The position numbers were made by a program, and so were the translations under genes. A DNA stretch of 64,000 nt, taken from the NCBI GenBank assembly GCA_963778925.1, contig CAVZWE010000020.1:137087-201086 (forward strand), written 5' to 3'. This stretch comes from an uncultured Alphaproteobacteria bacterium. Lineage in GTDB: Bacteria; Pseudomonadota; Alphaproteobacteria; Rhizobiales; Xanthobacteraceae. This document shows, one piece after another, positions 28,886-38,907 of the stretch (positions within the stretch are counted from its first letter, which is position 1; the number at the start of each line of letters is the position of its first letter). The notes under the pieces are model-generated. The model searched no databases and was not told the DNA's origin. It was given only the letters and a program-made list of their open reading frames with translations.

Positions 28886-29665
28886 TCATCGCAACGCCGC
28901 CCGCACCTTGCGCTTGAGGTCGAGGCTATTGCTATCGACGGCAACCACCCTTTCGTCATTCGCATCCTCGAAATTGGTCACGACCACCTTGAGTTCCGCG
29001 TTGGGCAGGTACTTCAGTTGCGGGTCGTTCCAGTCGCCATAACGTGGCTGAAGGGTCAGTTGCTGCTTCTCGCGCGGCTCCAGGCCGCCCTTGAAGGTCT
29101 GAACGAATTCCTGCTTGGCCCAGGGAATAGTCCGGTTCGGTGTCGTCAGAACGCTTGAGAAGTAAATGCGCGAGATAGGGAGCTTGCCGCTATTGCGAAC
29201 CTCAAACTCGATAACAGGTTGTTCGAGATAGCCGCTTCTCCGCCAGTAATATCTTGGAGAAGTAACTTCGACAGACCCCAATACGTTTCCGACATTCTGC
29301 AGCCTTGCCTCGGTCTCCGAAATTTCGGCGTCCAGTTTGATGGAGAGGTTCTGTATGATAGCGGAGGCGCTGCTGCCATTGATCCTTGGCCCAAGCCGGC
29401 TGAGGATTGTGTATGGATTTGCAAACCCCTTGGCGGTCATGTTGCCGAGCTGTTGTCCGTCGAGTTCAATTCTGGGCGTGCTTTCGATCAATAGATACCC
29501 CAGCGCAATCTGCAGACGGCGCAGGTCATCGTTGCTCAGCTTTGCTTTTATGGCAGCCAGGCTCCTTTGATAGGCATCCCAGCTCGATGTGTCGAAAACC
29601 GGATCGAAGATGCAACCTGAGAGCAAAAGGCAATACAGGATGGTCAGGCTCAACCGCTTCATCAT
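28886..29665 (-). CDS. Hypothetical lipoprotein
   Basis: Lipobox LLSGC after a short hydrophobic leader. Confidence 0.7.
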   Translation of the reverse strand: MMKRLSLTILYCLLLSGCIFDPVFDTSSWDAYQRSLAAIKAKLSNDDLRRLQIALGYLLIESTPRIELDGQQLGNMTAKGFANPYTILSRLGPRINGSSASAIIQNLSIKLDAEISETEARLQNVGNVLGSVEVTSPRYYWRRSGYLEQPVIEFEVRNSGKLPISRIYFSSVLTTPNRTIPWAKQEFVQTFKGGLEPREKQQLTLQPRYGDWNDPQLKYLPNAELKVVVTNFEDANDERVVAVDSNSLDLKRKVRAALR

Positions 29666-30044
29666 CTTGTCCGCTTGTGATCGTTGCAGGTACCGCCAGC
29701 ACGCCGGATTTCAGCAACGGTTCTTTAGGTGCAAGCCATCAACAAAAGATTGAGTGAATCGGTCCGCACCTGTCATTACTTAACAAATCGTGAATTTGTC
29801 CGGAGCCGGTGCTGCGCGGGTAGCGGTCACGACTACTGAGGGTCAATCGCCACAGAAACGCGACGTCCGCACCACGTCAGGTTTTCTCCAATGGCTACCG
29901 AAGAACGAACATCGCTGGAAGTTTAAAACGCGCGGTGTCGACGACTGTCCACTGGGGAAGGGCGGAGCCCTTCCTCTGAGAGCGACTTGGCTCAGATCCC
30001 GCAACAGCCCAGACATTGATCGTCGGCACCCTGTCGAAACATCG

Positions 30045-30194
30045 TCATCGGGACATATTTTCCGGCAAATTCCAGAATGCGTGGATGGCTTCGATCGAAG
30101 GAAACTCGAACGCCACCTTCGGCTGCTCACCGGGTTGGCGCTCCAGGACTTTAACCCTCCCGCCCCTGGTCGAAAACGTCCCAACGAATTTCAT
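30045..30194 (-). pseudogene. DUF1330 family fragment
   Basis: TRGGRVKVLE...FEFPSIEAIHAFWN; N-terminus and C-terminus missing. Confidence 0.5.
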
Positions 30195-30541
30195 GAAACT
30201 GACTTCCAGCGCTGTTTGTCTGAAGGCGGCTAACGTCCGCGATCGGATCAATCACGTCATCCCAAAGGTGCGAAGCTTACTTACGGTCTTCCCTCAACGG
30301 CGGACCAAGCGAAACTCGCGGGCAAGTGCGTTTCGTGCCGGAAGGGCGACATTTTGGTTATAAAACAAACAAATGCGAGTTATTTTGTGTTGCTGTTCCG
30401 GTCAGCGGGATCTCAAAACGTCATGGGGAAACATGAGCCGTTCGGGACGCTCGTTTCATCGGCACAGGACAATACTGTCGGTTATCAAATACAGCCGCTC
30501 ATCGCGCGCTATCAGGTGATCGGTGTTAGGAGCGTGAGCTC

Positions 30542-31903
30542 TTGAATTTCAATTCGCTGGAATTCCTGGTCCTTTTTTTGCCCATAACGTTTGTGGCATT
30601 CTATGCCGTGCCTATGCGACTGCGACTCTGGGTTCTAGTCGCCGCCTCACTGGTCTTCTACGGGATTTCGGGACTTGAAGTCCTCCTCGCCTTCCTGATC
30701 GCGATAATTTGGGGCTACTGCACGGCCTTTTTGCTCGTAAAATGGCAAAGACCGTCGACGATCATTGTCGCGATCTCGCTGCCGGCCATGATCCTGATCA
30801 TGTTTAAATATCTGACGTTCATCATGGATAATATTCATGCCGGGCCGCAGGTGCGGGACCATTTCTGGTTCTTCTTAAGCATCTTGTTGCCGGCCGGTAT
30901 CAGCTTTTATACGTTTGAGATCGTGTCCTATTCGCTCGATGTCGCCGACGGAAAGATCGAGCCTGACCGCGACCTGCTGCGTTTCGCCAGCTTCACTTCG
31001 TTTTTCCCGCATCTGATCGCCGGACCGATCATGCGCTATGCGGATATGCGGCAACAGTTACAGATCCTTCAATCCACGCAGATTCTCAAACCGAAGGTCG
31101 TTTCCGGCCTGAAATTGCTGTCGATTGGTCTGTTCTTCAAAATCTTTGTCGCGGACATCAGCGGAATGAAGGTTGCGAAGGCGACGAACATCCCGCTTGA
31201 GCGACTAACGGCGATTGATCAGCTCACGCAAATACAATTCTGGGCCTCACAGATCTATTACGATTTCTGGGCATATTCGGTGATGGCCATTGGCCTCGGT
31301 CGGCTGTTCTGTATCGAACTGCCAGTCAATTTCCGCCAACCCTATCTCTCCAGGAACCCCCGTGAATTCTGGCAGCGTTGGCACGTTACCCTGTCATATT
31401 GGCTGCGCGATTACGTGTATATCCGGATGGGTGGCCGCGACGCGTACGTCCGAAACATTCTGATGGTGTTTGCGCTCGTCGGCTTGTGGCACGGGGCGGG
31501 CTGGAATTTTGTGGTTTGGGGTATCTATCACGCGATTCTGGTCATCGTGTACCACTTCACCGCATCGGCGTGGGACCGCTTGCCGCAACCGATCGCCATT
31601 GCGTTGACCTTCATCCTGGTGAGCTTCGGCTGGCCGCTCTTTTTCCTCAGCTTGGAAAAGTATGCCCTGTTTCTCGGCCATCTTGCGACGGCACCCTGGC
31701 ACATGGCGGTTTATCGTCCGACCGACTGGCTGTATCTTGCCGCGATCGGGATCGTGACCTTCGGCCTACGCGAGCGGAATTGGCTTTATAGCGAGGCAGG
31801 TGGTCGCAACATTACGGATTCGCCGATAGTTTTGGCCTTTCTGATGTTCGGCGGGTTGTTGTTCCTGTCGTGGAGCAGCACCTTCATCTACTTCCGGTTT
31901 TGA
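30542..31903 (+). CDS. MBOAT family O-acyltransferase (AlgI/DltB-like)
   Basis: LPAGISFYTFE, FPHLIAGPI, YYDFWAYS, FWQRWHVTLS, GLWHGA. Confidence 0.92.
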   Translation: MNFNSLEFLVLFLPITFVAFYAVPMRLRLWVLVAASLVFYGISGLEVLLAFLIAIIWGYCTAFLLVKWQRPSTIIVAISLPAMILIMFKYLTFIMDNIHAGPQVRDHFWFFLSILLPAGISFYTFEIVSYSLDVADGKIEPDRDLLRFASFTSFFPHLIAGPIMRYADMRQQLQILQSTQILKPKVVSGLKLLSIGLFFKIFVADISGMKVAKATNIPLERLTAIDQLTQIQFWASQIYYDFWAYSVMAIGLGRLFCIELPVNFRQPYLSRNPREFWQRWHVTLSYWLRDYVYIRMGGRDAYVRNILMVFALVGLWHGAGWNFVVWGIYHAILVIVYHFTASAWDRLPQPIAIALTFILVSFGWPLFFLSLEKYALFLGHLATAPWHMAVYRPTDWLYLAAIGIVTFGLRERNWLYSEAGGRNITDSPIVLAFLMFGGLLFLSWSSTFIYFRF

Positions 31904-31905
31904 AG

Positions 31906-33060
31906 ATGGCAGTGGCCGAACAAGATCAACGCCACTGGGTCACGGTGTTCGGGGCTACCCTAGCGATACTGGTTGGAGTTGCAATTTGGTTGAACCTGTG
32001 GATCCCGAGTTTTCGGGATCCCGCGTTCAACTTCTATGCCATGAAACCGGGCGAGATCTTCAACGTATATGGCCTGACCCGACGCCAGGAAGGGTCGGTG
32101 AAGCTTGGTTTCGCGGAAGCCTATCCAGGACCGGAGATCGGGCTTTATGGCAATCACATCGTCGCGTTCTTTGGTGCAGACGCGTTCGGGCGTCCGGAAG
32201 ACGCAGAATATTTCTTCAACTACTTCTATGCAAACCTGTCACTGCCAGAAATCCATCGCTATCTGCTTCGTGTTGAGCAAACCGGCCATCTGCCGAAGAA
32301 ATTGATCCTGGTGCAAATCACGCCGCCAAACGCAGACAATGGTCGTTTCATCATAGATTTCGGCAATGAGTTGCCACCGAGCGTACTCCTGAGCGGCTTT
32401 GGACGAGACAAACTTTCGATGAACCCTCTGCCGATCGGCGCCGCGGCGTGGGAGCTTGCCGACAACTGGCTGCATGAAGTGTTGAATTACGACACTTTCA
32501 TATTGAGCATAGCTCAGAGCGGAAATTATGCGGACCGCACCGTCAGCCCGTCGACGTGCCATGATGAGACCTCCGCATGGCTGAGCCGCCTGCCAGACAA
32601 GCTGTTGATGCGGATCGGAGGGTCCGCAAGATCTCGTTTATTCTGTCTGCGGCGGCTGTGGGCCTATGCATTCCGCCGAGATGGTTCGAATGCTGAATTC
32701 TTGCAGCCTGATGAAGCGTTCGTCGTTCCGAATGAAGACCCGCTCAGAGAAGCCGAGCGTGGTTTGCGCGCCGGCGATGAACGTGAAATTGCCAGCCAAA
32801 TGCGGGCCATAAACGCTGTTGGAGCCCGCCATGGCATCAAAGTAGTATTCATGGTGCCGCCGGTCTATGAAACAGATCGGCACGATAGCGTCGTCAATCA
32901 GATATTCAGCCGCGCGCTTGCTCTTGTCCCGGATATTGCCGTGATCGACCACCGCAATATGCACAGCAACCCGTCGCTCTTCAGGAGCGTGATTCACCCG
33001 TCACCTCTGTATTATCGCTTGGTCGTCGACGAGCTTCGCCGCAGCGGCTTCATCGACTGA
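31906..33060 (+). CDS. Membrane-anchored partner of the MBOAT (SGNH/AlgJ/DltD-like)
   Basis: N-terminal TM, GxHI..FG, VFMVPP, terminal ..HP motif; coupled to the MBOAT stop. Confidence 0.55.
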   Translation: MAVAEQDQRHWVTVFGATLAILVGVAIWLNLWIPSFRDPAFNFYAMKPGEIFNVYGLTRRQEGSVKLGFAEAYPGPEIGLYGNHIVAFFGADAFGRPEDAEYFFNYFYANLSLPEIHRYLLRVEQTGHLPKKLILVQITPPNADNGRFIIDFGNELPPSVLLSGFGRDKLSMNPLPIGAAAWELADNWLHEVLNYDTFILSIAQSGNYADRTVSPSTCHDETSAWLSRLPDKLLMRIGGSARSRLFCLRRLWAYAFRRDGSNAEFLQPDEAFVVPNEDPLREAERGLRAGDEREIASQMRAINAVGARHGIKVVFMVPPVYETDRHDSVVNQIFSRALALVPDIAVIDHRNMHSNPSLFRSVIHPSPLYYRLVVDELRRSGFID

Positions 33061-33107
33061 ATCCCTTGAGCAAAAAGATTCGCCGTGTCCAGTAGGGCCG
33101 AGGAGGG

Positions 33108-33176
33108 AAGTCCCCTCCGGGTCATTCGCGCCGATCGTGCGATGTCAATTCGGAGTCCGGTCTGTCCTCGATCACT
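33108..33176 (+). repeat. Tripartite GTCCG repeat, units A and B, at right edge of the 17.6 kb region
   Basis: AAGTCCCCTCCGGGTCATTCGCGCCGAT, then GAGTCCGGTCTGTCC 45 nt later. Confidence 0.55.
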
Positions 33177-33256
33177 TCGGCGAGATCCTGCAGCGCATCA
33201 TCAGCCTGCCGCCGACAAGGGTCTCGCCAGGTTCGGATCGGCAATCCGATCCAGGG
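33177..33256 (+). repeat. Direct repeat copy B: orphan 3' end of a cNMP-binding gene, overlapping the metallophosphoesterase tail
   Basis: Encodes GEILQRIISLPPTRVSPGSDRQSD versus GEILQSMINLPPIRVSPGSDRQSD at 15508. Confidence 0.8.
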
Positions 33257-34028
33257 ATGTCAGCCACGCCGGCGGATGGACGATCGCCGCGGCCGGCCGC
33301 CGCAACGGCGCGTTGAGGTCGATATATTGCGCGTCGCCGATCGCCAGCCAGAACGCCGTGCCGTCATCGGTGTCGAGCACGATATAAACGGGCGGGCGCC
33401 CGGACTGCAGGCCGGTATTGAAGACCCAGGTGTCGCCGAGCCGGTCATACCACGAGCCGTCGGGGATGAACGGCGATTGATGCACATGACCGGAGATCAC
33501 CATCGACGGCTGATAGCTCTGGATCCACTGCATGAGTTCGACATCGCCGAAGAAGCGCTTGCCGCCCCAGCTCGTAGGGGAATTCGCCGGCGGCGCATGG
33601 TGGACCCAGATCCATTTTTCCGGCCGTACCGCGGCGGCGTCCCGAAGCTGATCCTCGATCCGCTGCTTGACCAGCGGTCCATCCCACCACGGACAAACCG
33701 TGAATAAGGTGTCGCCGATCGTGAGACCGTCGCCGTCGCAGGCGATGCCGAGTTCGCGGACGTCGGCAATCCATCGTGAAATCTTCTCGCCTTCCGGATT
33801 GCGTTCGTCGAGGTCATGATTTCCGGAGCAAAGAATGACCCGGGTGATGCCGGCAAGCAGCGACAGATATTTCTTCACGACCACGATCTGGGCGCGAAAA
33901 TCCACCGAGGATCCGATGTCGAGCGCGTCTCCGGCGAAGATCACGAGATCGAAGTGCGGCGCGGCGCTGAGCAGCCAATCGAATTGCGGCAGTGAGTAGT
34001 GCAAATCGGCAACGACCAGGCAGCGCAT
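33201..34028 (-). CDS. Metallophosphoesterase (Icc-like)
   Basis: ADLHY, AGD, SGNHD, HHAPP, SGHVH. Confidence 0.9.
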   Translation of the reverse strand: MRCLVVADLHYSLPQFDWLLSAAPHFDLVIFAGDALDIGSSVDFRAQIVVVKKYLSLLAGITRVILCSGNHDLDERNPEGEKISRWIADVRELGIACDGDGLTIGDTLFTVCPWWDGPLVKQRIEDQLRDAAAVRPEKWIWVHHAPPANSPTSWGGKRFFGDVELMQWIQSYQPSMVISGHVHQSPFIPDGSWYDRLGDTWVFNTGLQSGRPPVYIVLDTDDGTAFWLAIGDAQYIDLNAPLRRPAAAIVHPPAWLTSLDRIADPNLARPLSAAG

Positions 34029-34182
34029 ATCAAATCGATCCAGATGCTCAAGGATTAGGCGCCGCGCAGGCACCTGTATCCAATCCGCCAAAATGGAGCA
34101 AAGATTGTGCCGTGCCGCGCCGATTTGGACGCGACAAATTCCCGCAGCCACGTTCTGCTTGAGCGCGAGTTTCAAAGTATTT

Positions 34183-34250
34183 TTCGAGCGAAAGACTGCG
34201 CCGGACTTGATCCGGGGTCAGACGCCGGGTTCGCGTGAAAAAGCACGTCA
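34183..34250. repeat. TTTTCGAGCGAAG...CCGGTTCGCGTGAAGAAAACGCGTCA-type intergenic repeat
   Basis: Related copies at 52563-52653, 58686-58752 and (degenerate) 50147-50250. Confidence 0.6.
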
Positions 34251-34284
34251 GTTGGGAACCTGAAGCCCACCCATCATGGCCTCG

Positions 34285-34382
34285 TGGTTCGAGACGCGCG
34301 GCGTTGTCGCGCTCCTCACCATGAGGGTCTAAGACCTCATCGTGAGGAGCGCGCATTTGCGGGCGTCTCGAAGGATGAAGCC
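34285..34382. repeat. Rhizobial intergenic palindromic repeat, second copy
   Basis: Matches 6885-6999. Confidence 0.8.
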
Positions 34383-34399
34383 GCGCTCTGGAAGATGCG

Positions 34400-37300
34400 C
34401 TACGCCCTCGACATCGCGCGCAGGAACACCACTTCGACCAGGGTGCCCGATTGCGGGCCCGTCTTGATGTGGAATTGCGCGCGATTGGCCTCGGCCAGCG
34501 CCTTGGTCAGCGACAGGTTGACGCCGGAACTGTCGGGAGCCTGATCCGCCGGCGGCCGGGTACGGAACGGCTCCATGGCGGCGGCGACCTCGTTGTCGTT
34601 GAGCCCGTGGCCGGTATCGCGGACCCTCAGGATCACCTCGCCGAAATCCGACAGCGCGGTGGAGACGATGACCTGGCCGCCGGCATTGGCGAGATGGATC
34701 GAGTTGCCGATCAGGTTCAGCGTAATCTGGCGCAGCGCGCGGGCGTCGGCGACGACCGGCGGCAGCATGTGGGCGAGCGAGGTGCGGATGATGATGCGCT
34801 CGCGATTGGCCTGCGGCTGCATCACCGTGACGCAACTCTCGACGATGTCGTTGAGGTTCTGGTTGGCGAAGGCAAACTCCAGCTTGCCGGTCTCGATCCG
34901 GCTGATATCGAGCAGGTCGCTGATGATGGTGACCACGCGTTCGCCGCAGGCGCGGATGTCCTTCATATATTCGACGTAACGCTCGTTGCCGAGCGTGCCG
35001 AAGCGTTCGGCGATCATCACCTCGGCGAAGCCGATGATGGCGTTGAGCGGGGTGCGGACCTCATGGCTGATCCGCGCCAGCATGTCCGCCTTGGTGGTCG
35101 CTGCGCGATCGACCAGCCGTCGTGCCTGCAGCAATTCGTTCTCGTTTTTCCTGGTCTGCGAGAGATCGCGAAACACCGCGAAGAAATTCGGACCGTCGGG
35201 CCGGGTCCGTCCCACCGTCATCGACAGCGGTATCAGCCCGCCCTCGCGGACGCAGCCGAGCACGTCGCGGCCATGTTCGAGGCTGGCGGCGCCGTCGCTT
35301 CTGATGCGGTCCAGATAATCCCGCACCACGCGCTGGTTTTCCGGCGCGAACAATTCGGTGAGATTGCGCCGCACCAGTTCATCGCCGTCATAGCCGAACA
35401 GCGCTTCGGCGCTGCGGTTGCACGAACTGAGTTTGCCGTCGGTGTCGAACATCACGATGCCATCGGCCGTGGTATCGAGGATGGCGCCGAGTTCCTCGGC
35501 ATTGGCCTGCCCGATCGGCGAGGGCTGCGGCGCGGGGATCGGCTCCGGCATCGCGGCGGCGATAGCGGCTCCATGCGTGCCGGCGCCCGAGAAAATCAGC
35601 GCCAGTGCGGAATCATCGTCCCATGAAATCGTGTAGAGCCGCGCGTCGGTCGGCTGCGGCGGCGCCCGTTCCGGCGAAGCAGGTGCTGCGGAAATCGTCA
35701 CCGGCGTGCCGGTGTCGGACGTGCTGCTGGCGGTCGAGACGCCGGGTTCGACATAAAGCGCGTCGAGACCGCCGGCCTCTTCCAGGGCGTGAAGGCTCGG
35801 ATAGCCGATCTGCCTGAGAAATGCGGGGTTGGCATAGAGCAGCCGGTCGAGCCGGTAAATCAGGACGCCGGCGGGGAGCAGATCGAGCAGCGTCCGGTCG
35901 CGCCTGGCCTCGCCGCGCGCGGGCGGCTCGGGCTGCGCCAGCCAATTGGGTTGCTCGGTGACCGCAGGCACGGCCGGCACGGCCGGAAGCTCGATGACCA
36001 TTTCGGGCTCCTCAGATGCCGGCGTCGCGGCGGCGGAGTCGGCTTTTTCGCCCTCAAGCCGCGCCGCCAATTGACGGGCGAGCTCGTCGAAGGCGCTGTT
36101 TTCCACCGGAGTGAGGGTCGGCGACCTGGTTTCGCCGATCGGCCGAAACGGCAGGACGTTCTTCAGCATTTCGTTCGGCGTCTCAACGGGAGTTTCCACG
36201 GCTGCTTCCAAATCGGTTTGGTGTGAAGTCTCAACAGCAATCGGATCGGGTTTTTCAGGGGCACCGGAAAATATGGTGCCGGGCATTGCGGGCAGTTCCG
36301 TGGCGGGGAACTCCGAATCCGGCTCTACGATATCGGCCGAAAGCGCCCGCCGTGCCGGCGGACGGTTCACCCATTCCAGGCGGCGCAACGCCGCAAGCCG
36401 GGTCAGACCGTCGAGATCGCGGCACACCCCAAAACCACGGTAGCCGGCAAAATTCCGGCTGCGATCGAAGATCGGCAAACCCGACAATTCCACCGGTAGC
36501 CGGTCGCCGCCATCGGCCGGCCAGTTCAGCGCGATGCCGCTCCAGGTATCGCGGGTGGCGAACGCCGTGAGGACGCGGCCGTCGGGATCGAGCCCGAACG
36601 CCGCATTGATTTCGCTCCACGGCCGGCCGAAGCCCGCCGCGCTGGCCGGGCCGATCAGGCGGATGAATTCCGCGGAGCCGAGCCAGAAGCGGCTTGCTGC
36701 GTCCATCTGCCACATGAAGCGCAGGGGGTGCCGGTGCGGCTCCGGCGCGGGCTCGTCGAGCCATGCCGGCGCTGCGGCGCGCGAGGAGGAGGCCACCGGT
36801 GAGCCGAAGGTTTCGACCGCTGCCGGAGCTTCGCCTTCGCTTGGAGGCGCCGGCTCATCGGCGACGGCTTCGACATAAGGCGAAGGTTCAGGCGAGGCTT
36901 CGTTGCGATCAATTTCGATATCGGATGCGGCCGGCACCGCCGCCGCTTGCGCGGGTGAGGCTTCGACGTACGGCGTGTCGCTCGGCAACGCCGTCGGCAA
37001 TTCGGGCGCCGGCGGTACTTCTTCCGGGACGCCATGCTCGAGGGCTGGCTCTGCAGGCATTTCCGCGAATTCATCGATCAAGGCGAACTCGGCCGGCGCT
37101 TCGCCCGATATCGCCGACTGCTCGTAGTCGGGCGTCGGCCACTCCGCCATCGGCGCGACCGCTGTCGGCACCGGCTGCGCCACCGGAGTCTCGTCGGGCG
37201 GCAATTCGGCGAATTCATCGATCAATGCAAACCCGGACGGGGCTTCGCCTGATATCGCCGCTTGTTCATAGTTAGGCTGCGGTTGATCCACCACCGGCGC

Positions 37301-37939
37301 GATCAGCGCAACGAGGCCGATATCGGCACCGCTGCCGACACGCTGCAGCACCACGTGGCCGATGTCGATCGTGGTCTCGGCGCGGCCCGCTTTCAGCGCG
37401 TCGTTGCCTGCGTGATCGAGGCCGGCCTCGGCGAGATCGCGAAACCCGAACAGCGATCGCGCGGCTTCGCTGGCACCGACCAGCATGCCGTCGCGCGCAA
37501 AAGCTGCGGCCGGCGTGTCGATGCCTTCGACCAGGCGCTGCAGCCGCTCGAACAGCGGCATCGCCCGCCCGGAGGGTTCGGCGGCCGCGATCAGAATGCC
37601 GTGGCCGCCCTCGGCAAACTCAAGCCGCGCGCAGCCGCAGGTCACGAGCATGCCGAGCGAGGCGCCGAAGCCGCGCAGCCGCTGCAGCCGGATCGCGCCG
37701 TCGGGCGGCAGTCTGCCTGCGAGCTGCACCACCTGGCGGCGATGCGCATCGGCGGGACCGAAGATCTTCCTGGCCAGCGCCGTGCCGTTGGCGGCGCCGA
37801 ATATCCTGGCGCCGACCGGATTGGCCCACAGCACCCGGGTGCCGTCGGCCGACCAGAGCCATGCCGGCAGCGCGCTCGTTGCATACCCCGCCAGTCGCGG
37901 ATCGCCGACGCCTCTCAACTGGAATTCCGCAGGATTCAT
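34400..37939 (-). CDS. Large PAS sensor histidine kinase (PdhS/CbrA-like)
   Basis: Multiple PAS domains, Pro/Ala/Glu-rich linker, H-box ISHEVRTPLNAIIGFAE, DTGHG. Confidence 0.88.
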   Translation of the reverse strand: MNPAEFQLRGVGDPRLAGYATSALPAWLWSADGTRVLWANPVGARIFGAANGTALARKIFGPADAHRRQVVQLAGRLPPDGAIRLQRLRGFGASLGMLVTCGCARLEFAEGGHGILIAAAEPSGRAMPLFERLQRLVEGIDTPAAAFARDGMLVGASEAARSLFGFRDLAEAGLDHAGNDALKAGRAETTIDIGHVVLQRVGSGADIGLVALIAPVVDQPQPNYEQAAISGEAPSGFALIDEFAELPPDETPVAQPVPTAVAPMAEWPTPDYEQSAISGEAPAEFALIDEFAEMPAEPALEHGVPEEVPPAPELPTALPSDTPYVEASPAQAAAVPAASDIEIDRNEASPEPSPYVEAVADEPAPPSEGEAPAAVETFGSPVASSSRAAAPAWLDEPAPEPHRHPLRFMWQMDAASRFWLGSAEFIRLIGPASAAGFGRPWSEINAAFGLDPDGRVLTAFATRDTWSGIALNWPADGGDRLPVELSGLPIFDRSRNFAGYRGFGVCRDLDGLTRLAALRRLEWVNRPPARRALSADIVEPDSEFPATELPAMPGTIFSGAPEKPDPIAVETSHQTDLEAAVETPVETPNEMLKNVLPFRPIGETRSPTLTPVENSAFDELARQLAARLEGEKADSAAATPASEEPEMVIELPAVPAVPAVTEQPNWLAQPEPPARGEARRDRTLLDLLPAGVLIYRLDRLLYANPAFLRQIGYPSLHALEEAGGLDALYVEPGVSTASSTSDTGTPVTISAAPASPERAPPQPTDARLYTISWDDDSALALIFSGAGTHGAAIAAAMPEPIPAPQPSPIGQANAEELGAILDTTADGIVMFDTDGKLSSCNRSAEALFGYDGDELVRRNLTELFAPENQRVVRDYLDRIRSDGAASLEHGRDVLGCVREGGLIPLSMTVGRTRPDGPNFFAVFRDLSQTRKNENELLQARRLVDRAATTKADMLARISHEVRTPLNAIIGFAEVMIAERFGTLGNERYVEYMKDIRACGERVVTIISDLLDISRIETGKLEFAFANQNLNDIVESCVTVMQPQANRERIIIRTSLAHMLPPVVADARALRQITLNLIGNSIHLANAGGQVIVSTALSDFGEVILRVRDTGHGLNDNEVAAAMEPFRTRPPADQAPDSSGVNLSLTKALAEANRAQFHIKTGPQSGTLVEVVFLRAMSRA

Positions 37940-38281
37940 CGTGGTGACATGACTGGGCAGTTTGGAAGCTTGCTCGATGACGGCGACAGATATCGGCGGC
38001 CAACAATGACAGCCTTGGCGGAGCGTTACTATCGCTTGCGGGGGGTGGCAGGTCCACGCCCTGACGGCGGGGGCAGTGTCGAAAGGCGAGATAACCTTAA
38101 TCCGGCAGAACCTTGTGCGGCCTGCCACGTTGGGGTGTTGCAAACGGCGATCGAAGGTTCACGATGGGGAACCACTGGGCGCCGCGTCATCCCGGCGAAG
38201 TCTTTTGCCGGTAGGCTGATTCTGGACGAGCGGGGAAGCGGGGCTGTGGATGGCCCTTTAAAACGCAACAGGAGTGGGACC

Positions 38282-38659
38282 ATGAGCGAAGAAGGGCGTT
38301 TCGAGATTCCAAAGGAAATGCGGGCGATGGCGGAGGCGAGCTTCGATCAAGCCCGCAAGGCCTTCGAGAAATTCCTTGCCGGCGCGCAGGCGACCGCGGG
38401 CTCGATCGAGGAGCGTAGCGAGACCGTTCGCGCCGGCGCCAAGGACGTCGGCGCCAAGGCGATCGCCTATGCCGAGAAGAATGTCCAAGCCTCGCTGGAC
38501 TATGCGCAATCGCTGCTGCAGGCCAAGGACCTGACCGAGATCATGCGGCTGCACAGCGAATATGTGCAGGCGCAGATGCGTTCGCTGGCCGAGCAGGCCA
38601 GCGAGATGGGCCAGATCGTCAGCCGGGCGGCGATGGACGCCGCCAAGCCGAAAAACTGA
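38282..38659 (+). CDS. phaP: Phasin family protein
   Basis: FEIPKEMRAMAEASFDQARKAF...AKDLTEIMRLHSEY. Confidence 0.8.
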   Translation: MSEEGRFEIPKEMRAMAEASFDQARKAFEKFLAGAQATAGSIEERSETVRAGAKDVGAKAIAYAEKNVQASLDYAQSLLQAKDLTEIMRLHSEYVQAQMRSLAEQASEMGQIVSRAAMDAAKPKN

Positions 38660-38753
38660 GTTCTGGAACTCTACCTGGGGTTTCCGGGCCGGATCATGCA
38701 TCCAGTCCAAGCCTGCCATGCGGCATTGCACCTTAAATTGCACGGTGCCGTAT

Positions 38754-38765
38754 TGCATTGCACAA
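38754..38765. promoter_or_regulatory. PhaR operator TGCATTGCACAA
   Basis: TGC-N3-GCA palindrome in a TTGCA-rich tract upstream of the second phasin. Confidence 0.6.
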
Positions 38766-38907
38766 TTTTGACACTATATAGGCGTTGTAAGTCGACGCCC
38801 GACGAAGGGTATTCCGCAACGTGATCCAAGACGACGTTCCCGGGGGCTGCCGGGCGCGCAAGGGGTCACACCATCCCAATCTCACCCCATTGCGAAGGAA
38901 GCATGCC

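Noticed and set aside
15596-33176. CRISPR array interpretation of the recurring ~28-bp units
   Set aside because: Units are divergent, occur in threes and are separated by kilobases of genes; no identical repeats with unique spacers and no cas genes
37262-38659. 465-aa plus-strand ORF
   Set aside because: Antisense shadow of the kinase joined in frame to the real phasin, which starts at 38282
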